Source of the DNA: Chitinophaga pinensis
GTDB lineage: Bacteria > Bacteroidota > Bacteroidia > Chitinophagales > Chitinophagaceae
Direction of reading: 5' to 3'
Length of the DNA stretch: 44,034 nucleotides
NCBI GenBank assembly: GCA_945870835.1
Contig: CAMBTV010000001.1
Coordinates: forward strand, 1-44,034
The position numbers and the translations under genes were made by a program. Below are positions 38,586-44,034 of the stretch, piece by piece (the first letter of the stretch is position 1; each line of letters opens with the position of its first letter). The notes below the pieces were generated by a model. It was given only the letters and a program-made list of their open reading frames with translations, was not told where the DNA came from and made no database searches.

Positions 38586-39875
38586 TTAATTAGAGACAAA
38601 ATCTTTATACAATAAATATTTTTTTCTTATTTTCTTAAAATTGTCAATCAGAGGTTTCCAACTTTTTCTAATGTCGTTTTCTTTTACTTGTTGTTTGATC
38701 TGTGCCATTAATAAGTCAGTCCCAGCTAGTTGATTAAAAAAATTATTTATTAAAAAAAAGCTATCCTTACCAGGGAATAGATGATATGCGTCTAGTAAAT
38801 ATTTTATTTGAACACTGTTTTTTATATTTTGAAGAACAACTTCATTGCTTCCAGCAATATACCAGCCATAACATTTTTGATAAAAACATTTACTGCTTTT
38901 TGCACCTGCGGTAGGTTTAGGTGTAAAGGAAAATAAATTATTGGGCAATAATGGATGGCCAAAAATCTGAAATGGAGCTTCTGTTCCTCTTCCTTCACTG
39001 AGAAGGGTACCCTCGAAAAAACAGGTGGAGGGGTAGAGGTAAATTGCTTGCATTGACTTTAAATTAGGAGAAGGTGCAATTGGCAAAACATATTTACTAT
39101 TGTGATCATAGTTTTTGCATAAAATTACTTTGAGTTGAAAAACATTTTTCTGACGATCCTTAGTAGCAGGTTGATTTATGTCAGTAGCATTAGCAAGCGG
39201 AGACAACCACTTTTCACCGGCTAACATCAGTGCATATTCGCCCACGGTCATGCCATACACTACAGGGATTGGTTGCATACCCACAAAGCTTTTGAATTTC
39301 TTATCTAAAACAGGTCCATCCACATAGAATCCGTTGGGATTTGGTCTATCTAATATTAAAAGTGGAATATGGTTTTCAACAGCAGCTTCTAGATAATATT
39401 CTAAGGATGAAATAAATGTATAGAAACGCACGCCGACATCTTGAATGTCAAATATTAGCATATCCACGCCTAAAAGATCTTCTGCAGTAGGCTTTTTGTG
39501 ATTTCCATAAAGGCTAATCACTGGAATACCAGTTTTTTTATCCTGGGTATTACCTAGCTTTTCTCCTGCATCGGCATCTCCACGAAACCCGTGTTCTGGA
39601 CCAAAAATTTTAACTACTTTGATCCCACATTTTAATAGGGTATCAATGAGATGGCTATTTTTAACCATGCTGGTCTGATTAGCAAAAATGGCTACAGACC
39701 TGCCTTTTAAAAGTGGAAGGTACATCTCCATTCTTTCGGCACCAGGAATAATTGGTGTTGACTTTTGTCCGGATTTTAGTTGGTTATCCATATTGTTAAC
39801 TTGAGACAATTGGGCAACTGATGGAGAATAATTAAAAATTATTGCCATCGATAATAAAAATAAAAAAATCCTCAT
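38586..39875 (-). CDS. namZ: DUF1343 / NamZ exo-beta-N-acetylmuramidase family, secreted
   Basis: NQTS, FGPEHGFRG, DIQDVGVRFYT, LDRPNP, SPNL, SEGRGT; signal peptide SVA-Q; start 39875 or 39902. Confidence 0.88.
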   Translation of the reverse strand: MRIFLFLLSMAIIFNYSPSVAQLSQVNNMDNQLKSGQKSTPIIPGAERMEMYLPLLKGRSVAIFANQTSMVKNSHLIDTLLKCGIKVVKIFGPEHGFRGDADAGEKLGNTQDKKTGIPVISLYGNHKKPTAEDLLGVDMLIFDIQDVGVRFYTFISSLEYYLEAAVENHIPLLILDRPNPNGFYVDGPVLDKKFKSFVGMQPIPVVYGMTVGEYALMLAGEKWLSPLANATDINQPATKDRQKNVFQLKVILCKNYDHNSKYVLPIAPSPNLKSMQAIYLYPSTCFFEGTLLSEGRGTEAPFQIFGHPLLPNNLFSFTPKPTAGAKSSKCFYQKCYGWYIAGSNEVVLQNIKNSVQIKYLLDAYHLFPGKDSFFLINNFFNQLAGTDLLMAQIKQQVKENDIRKSWKPLIDNFKKIRKKYLLYKDFVSN

Positions 39876-40105
39876 AGTTCGAAGTTCAGTAAAGTTTTTC
39901 ATTTCTAATAGATGACATTTTTTTAATAAGTTATTTTATCTAATGGAGAAATAAAACCCTCTAATTGATTGGGTAATCCATTGTTTGTTTTAATTTGCCG
40001 AAAAATGGTTCTTTTATTGAATAGATAGGAGTCATTTATTGTAAACTCCACCTTAAAACTTGTTAAGCGTAGTTGCCGAAAAGAGAGGTGTTAAAAAATT
40101 AAACA

Positions 40106-40534
40106 ATGGCACAAGTAAAAGAAGGAGATGTTGTAAAAGTTCATTACACAGGCAAACTAGTTAATGGAGAGCAATTTGACTCTTCGGTTGGTAGAGAACC
40201 ACTTGAATTTACAGTGGGCGCTGGTATGATGATTAAAGGTTTTGATGCTGCAATGCCAGGTATGGTAATTGGCGAAAAAAAGACAATCAGTATTGCACCA
40301 GAAGATGGCTACGGCGAAAAGTCGGAAGATGCGATCATTGAATTTCCTAAAGAAAATGTTCCGGAGGATATGAAACTCGAGCCTGGAATGTCTTTAACCT
40401 TAAGTAACGAAGCAGGACATCCTGTGCAAGTTGTAGTAGTTGAAGTAAAGGAAACGGTAATTGTGTTAGATGCTAATCATTTTCTAGCAGGTCAGGAACT
40501 GATTTTTGATATTGAGTTAGTTGAGATTGTTTAA
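40106..40534 (+). CDS. FKBP-type peptidyl-prolyl isomerase (SlyD/SlpA-like, no His-rich tail)
   Basis: VHYTG, FDSS, insert-in-flap domain, DANHFLAG. Confidence 0.93.
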   Translation: MAQVKEGDVVKVHYTGKLVNGEQFDSSVGREPLEFTVGAGMMIKGFDAAMPGMVIGEKKTISIAPEDGYGEKSEDAIIEFPKENVPEDMKLEPGMSLTLSNEAGHPVQVVVVEVKETVIVLDANHFLAGQELIFDIELVEIV

Positions 40535-40684
40535 ATTTAGCTATTTAACTCCCAATAGATTTTTGATCATTGAATAATTGGGTGTATTTATTTACCTAGC
40601 TTTATAATTTTTGCTTTAAGAAAAGTATTGTGCACTTTTGGCTCAGATAAAAATTTTCTTTTCAGTGATCAAAAAAGTATAAGC

Positions 40685-41935
40685 ATGATTGAAATTTCGA
40701 GCCATAATGTAGCGGAAAGACTAATGCGCTATGTTCAAATTGATACACAAAGTGACCCTTTGGGAAATAACTTTCCTACAACAGAAAAGCAGAAAGACCT
40801 TAGTAAACTATTGCTGAATGAACTGGTCGAAATGGGCATATCCAACGCAGAAATGGATGCTTACGGTTATGTGTATGCGACTATTCCTTCCAACAGCAAG
40901 AAGATCACGATTCCTACAATTTGTTTTTGTAGTCATGTTGATACCGCACCCGATTGTAGTGGTACCGATGTGAAGCCTATTTATCATCAAAACTATGACG
41001 GCAAAGACATTGTGCTGCCCGATGATAAAGACCAGGTGCTCAGTATAAAGCACTCGCCCTATCTTCAACAACATCTAGGTCATAGTATTATTACGGCAAG
41101 TGGATTGACGCTATTGGGTGCAGATGATAAGAGTGGAGTAGCTGCAATTATGGAAGCGGCTAATTTTTTAATGCAGCATCCGTCCATTGCTCATGGAGAT
41201 ATCAAAATTTTATTTACCCCTGATGAAGAAGTCGGTAAAGGAACTGCTCAAGTGGATATGAAAAAATTGGGAGCCGACTTTGGTTATACCCTTGATGGCG
41301 GTGAGGCAGGCAGTTTGGAAGATGAGACATTCAGCGCGGATTCTGCAACCATTACAATTGAAGGAGTGATTGTTCATCCTGGTTATGCCAAAGATAAATT
41401 GGTCAATGCGTTAAAAATAGCAGGCGCGGTATTAGAAGCACTTCCAAAAACTGAATGGAGTCCAGAAACCACCAAGGAAAGAGAGGGGTTTGTTCATCCG
41501 GTAGCAGTGAATGGGATTGCTGAAAAAGCTAACATTCAATTTATTGTTCGTGATTTTAATTTAGTGGGATTGCAAGAACATCATAAAAAATTAAAGGAAC
41601 TAGCAGAGAATGTGGTGAATCAATTTCCGGGAGCTACAATGGAATATGAAGCGCAGGAACAATATCGTAATATGAAGGAAGTGTTGGATAAATATCCTCA
41701 GGTTACAGCATTTGCAGCTGAAGCCATACAACGTTCTGGGTTAGTTGTAAAAAAAGAGAGTATTCGGGGTGGCACCGATGGAAGTAGGTTTAGTTATATA
41801 GGGATGCCTTGTCCAAATATATTTACAGGCATGCAGAATATTCACAGCAAACTTGAATGGGTAGGAGCTAAGGACATGGCTAAAGCTGCGGAGACCATCA
41901 TTCATTTATGCATGATTTGGGAGGAAAAAAGCTAG
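40685..41935 (+). CDS. pepT: Peptidase T (M20B tripeptidase)
   Basis: SHVDT, LGADDKSG, FTPDEEVG, IRGGTDG, NIHS; ATG 40685 preferred over TTG 40628. Confidence 0.95.
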   Translation: MIEISSHNVAERLMRYVQIDTQSDPLGNNFPTTEKQKDLSKLLLNELVEMGISNAEMDAYGYVYATIPSNSKKITIPTICFCSHVDTAPDCSGTDVKPIYHQNYDGKDIVLPDDKDQVLSIKHSPYLQQHLGHSIITASGLTLLGADDKSGVAAIMEAANFLMQHPSIAHGDIKILFTPDEEVGKGTAQVDMKKLGADFGYTLDGGEAGSLEDETFSADSATITIEGVIVHPGYAKDKLVNALKIAGAVLEALPKTEWSPETTKEREGFVHPVAVNGIAEKANIQFIVRDFNLVGLQEHHKKLKELAENVVNQFPGATMEYEAQEQYRNMKEVLDKYPQVTAFAAEAIQRSGLVVKKESIRGGTDGSRFSYIGMPCPNIFTGMQNIHSKLEWVGAKDMAKAAETIIHLCMIWEEKS

Positions 41936-42052
41936 TTTAATTAATTTATCAAGAAAATAAATTAATTATCAGGTTCTAAATCTTATTTATTTTAACATAA
42001 TTTATTATCAAGCATATGTTAAAACAGTTATCTTCAATCAAAATATATAATT

Positions 42053-42991
42053 ATGGAATTATTTAAAAATTTTTGGTGGCTCATTCCCATATTCTTGGTG
42101 GTAGCAGGCGGACTATTTACTATCAATCAGGGTACTATTGGCGTAGTTACTCGTTTGGGTAAGTACCACAGCATAAAGCTGCCGGGCCTAAATTTTAAAG
42201 TACCTTTTCTAGACCAAATTTATAAAAGGGTAAGCATACAAAACCGGTCAGTAGAATTGGAATTTCAGGCAGTAACGATTGACCAGGCGAATGTGTATTT
42301 TAAATCTATGATTCTTTTTTCAGTAATGAATGTGGAGGAAGAGACCATTAAAAATGTAGCCTTTAAATTCATTAGTGAAAAGGATTTGATGCAAGCGTTG
42401 ATTCGGACTGTGGAGGGAAGTATTCGGGCTTTTGTGTCAACAAAAAAACAGGCTGAGGTATTGAATGTTCGTAGAGATATTGTAGACAATGTAAAAGAAC
42501 AAATTGATGTAACTTTAGAAGGATGGGGGTATCATGTGCAGGATTTACAAATCAACGACATTACTTTTGATGAAGCGATCATGACGAGTATGAGCAAAGT
42601 GGTGGCTAGTAACAATTTAAAAGCAGCTGCAGAAAATGAGGGCCAGGCTTTATTGATTACTAAAACAAAGGCTGCCGAAGCAGAAGGTAATGCAATTAAA
42701 ATTGCTGCTGAGGCTGAGCGTCAGGCTGCTCAATTACGTGGTCAGGGAGTTGCTTTATTTAGAGAAGAGGTGGCGCGTGGTATGAGTCAGGCTGCATCAG
42801 AAATGAAACAGGCTAATTTAGATACGAATGTAATTCTTTTCAGTATGTGGGTAGAAGCGATTAAAAATTTCGCAGAATATGGAAAAGGCAATGTGATATT
42901 TTTGGATGGTGGAAGTGATGGAATGGAAAAAACGATGAAGCAGATAATGGCGATGACGCAATTGGAGAATAATAAAAAGGAAGGAGTTTAA
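42053..42991 (+). CDS. SPFH / band-7 domain membrane protein
   Basis: N-terminal TM, RLGKY..PGLNFKVP, Ala/Glu-rich coiled coil (KAAEAEGNAIKIAAEAE). Confidence 0.92.
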   Translation: MELFKNFWWLIPIFLVVAGGLFTINQGTIGVVTRLGKYHSIKLPGLNFKVPFLDQIYKRVSIQNRSVELEFQAVTIDQANVYFKSMILFSVMNVEEETIKNVAFKFISEKDLMQALIRTVEGSIRAFVSTKKQAEVLNVRRDIVDNVKEQIDVTLEGWGYHVQDLQINDITFDEAIMTSMSKVVASNNLKAAAENEGQALLITKTKAAEAEGNAIKIAAEAERQAAQLRGQGVALFREEVARGMSQAASEMKQANLDTNVILFSMWVEAIKNFAEYGKGNVIFLDGGSDGMEKTMKQIMAMTQLENNKKEGV

Positions 42992-43010
42992 AAAAATCAT
43001 CGATGTATTT

Positions 43011-43046
43011 TAACAAAAAAATCCCCAATTGGGGATTTTTTTGTTA
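43011..43046. terminator. Bidirectional intrinsic terminator (perfect 36-bp palindrome)
   Basis: TAACAAAAAAATCCCC-AATT-GGGGATTTTTTTGTTA between the convergent SPFH and amidase genes. Confidence 0.9.
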
Positions 43047-43148
43047 TTTATCTGTGAGAGATATTTTATTTAAAGATATTAGCCAATCAATAATTTCTTC
43101 AACTCTTTATTTAATTTTCCCCAAGTTCAATTAATTATCGGGGTAATT

Positions 43149-44034
43149 TTATACGAGTGTTTTCAAAAACTTCGGCGGGGTTCTTTTAAGGGATGCCTGC
43201 TCAAATGAAAATGCCATTTCGATTAATTTCCCTTCTTGATAAGCTCCAGCAATAAATGAAAGTCCGATGGAAAGTTCATGTACTTTACCCATTGGAACAG
43301 TGATGTGAGGATAACCTGCCATAGCAGCAGGAGGTGCAAAGTAAAATCCTGAATCATAATCCCCATTTACCAAGTCGGTACAATTGGCCAATCCAATGCT
43401 CGTAGAACAAATCGCGTCTAACTGGTGCTGTTGAATCAAATCATCAATTATCTTTCGCGCGCTAGTGGATATTTTTAGTGCATCCGTGTATACTTTTTCA
43501 TTCAGACTGCCCTTAGAGTCACACATTTCAAGTAATTCTTGTTTGAAATAGGGCATTGCGGTTGATTCATTTTGTTTATTGAAATTAATCACCTCCGTCA
43601 AAGATTTTACTTTAGCATTTGCATTGGAAAGGTATTTATTTACTCCATCTTTAAATTCATATTGTAAAACGATGAACTCAGCTTCTCCTAGAGGTTTGGT
43701 TAGTTTTAATAAATCTATTTCAACGATGGTAGCACTATTCTTTTTCAATAATTCGATTGCTTCTTTATAAATATTGACAACGGCTTCATTCCCTTTTAAA
43801 AAAGATTTTTCGATGCCAATTCTTTTTCCTTTAAGTCCTTCCTTATTTAGAAAACTGGTATAATCAATTTTATCTTTTTTATTATGTTGAGTAGTGATCT
43901 CATCGGTTACATCTTCACCAGCCAGCGCTCCTAATAAAATAGCTGCGTCAGTAACCGTCCTAGTCATAGGCCCTGCAGTATCTTGAGTTGCAGAGATTGG
44001 TATAATACCAGATCTACTCCATAATCCAACGGTA
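43149..44034 (-). CDS. Amidase-signature family protein (5' truncated by window edge)
   Basis: Frame stays open upstream of the track's ATG, reading TVGLWSRSGIIPISATQDTAGPM; C-terminal AGYPHITVPMG. Confidence 0.92.
   Translation of the reverse strand, partial: TVGLWSRSGIIPISATQDTAGPMTRTVTDAAILLGALAGEDVTDEITTQHNKKDKIDYTSFLNKEGLKGKRIGIEKSFLKGNEAVVNIYKEAIELLKKNSATIVEIDLLKLTKPLGEAEFIVLQYEFKDGVNKYLSNANAKVKSLTEVINFNKQNESTAMPYFKQELLEMCDSKGSLNEKVYTDALKISTSARKIIDDLIQQHQLDAICSTSIGLANCTDLVNGDYDSGFYFAPPAAMAGYPHITVPMGKVHELSIGLSFIAGAYQEGKLIEMAFSFEQASLKRTPPKFLKTLV

Noticed and set aside
40025-40052. Minus-strand TGGAGT...AATGACTCCTA, resembling the fluoride (crcB) riboswitch core
   Set aside because: Only 8 nt separate the motifs, with no P1 or P2 helices, and no fluoride-related gene is adjacent; it reads as a simple 5-bp hairpin
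586-43770. Many short ORFs in the track that overlap or are antisense to long genes (e.g. 27301-27657, 38156-38557, 22867-23247, 31720-32082)
   Set aside because: Shadow frames of well-supported genes with no recognisable motifs
1-44034. CRISPR arrays, tRNA/rRNA, IS elements, prophage, defence or toxin-antitoxin genes, frameshifts or recoding
   Set aside because: No regularly spaced repeats, cloverleafs, transposase/integrase motifs or interrupted reading frames were seen; recognisable genes appear full length

Overview
AT-rich bacterial chromosome segment, almost fully coding (37 CDS plus a probable 3' gene stub at the left edge). Several signals point to Bacteroidota, most likely Chitinophagaceae-like (inference): TAnnTTTG -7 promoter boxes, A-rich starts without Shine-Dalgarno motifs, gldF/gldG, a MurF-Alr fusion, and signal peptides followed by Gln. 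Content is mostly housekeeping: metG, gltX, fmt, iscS-iscU-iscA, fumC, lspA, pepT, mce, fadN-type beta-oxidation, peptidoglycan recycling (S66 LD-carboxypeptidase, NamZ) and transporters. I see no rRNA, tRNA, CRISPR array, transposase, integrase, prophage or defence genes. The best candidates for undescribed biology are: (1) a terminator/antiterminator switch with a 14-codon uORF in the metG leader; (2) an orphan minus-strand terminator implying a non-coding RNA between iscA and gldF; (3) a 1120-aa Omp85-like barrel protein with a beta-propeller and an apparently inactive peptidase-like domain; (4) four genes that look leaderless. All of these were read by eye, with no searches or folding programs, and remain hypotheses.
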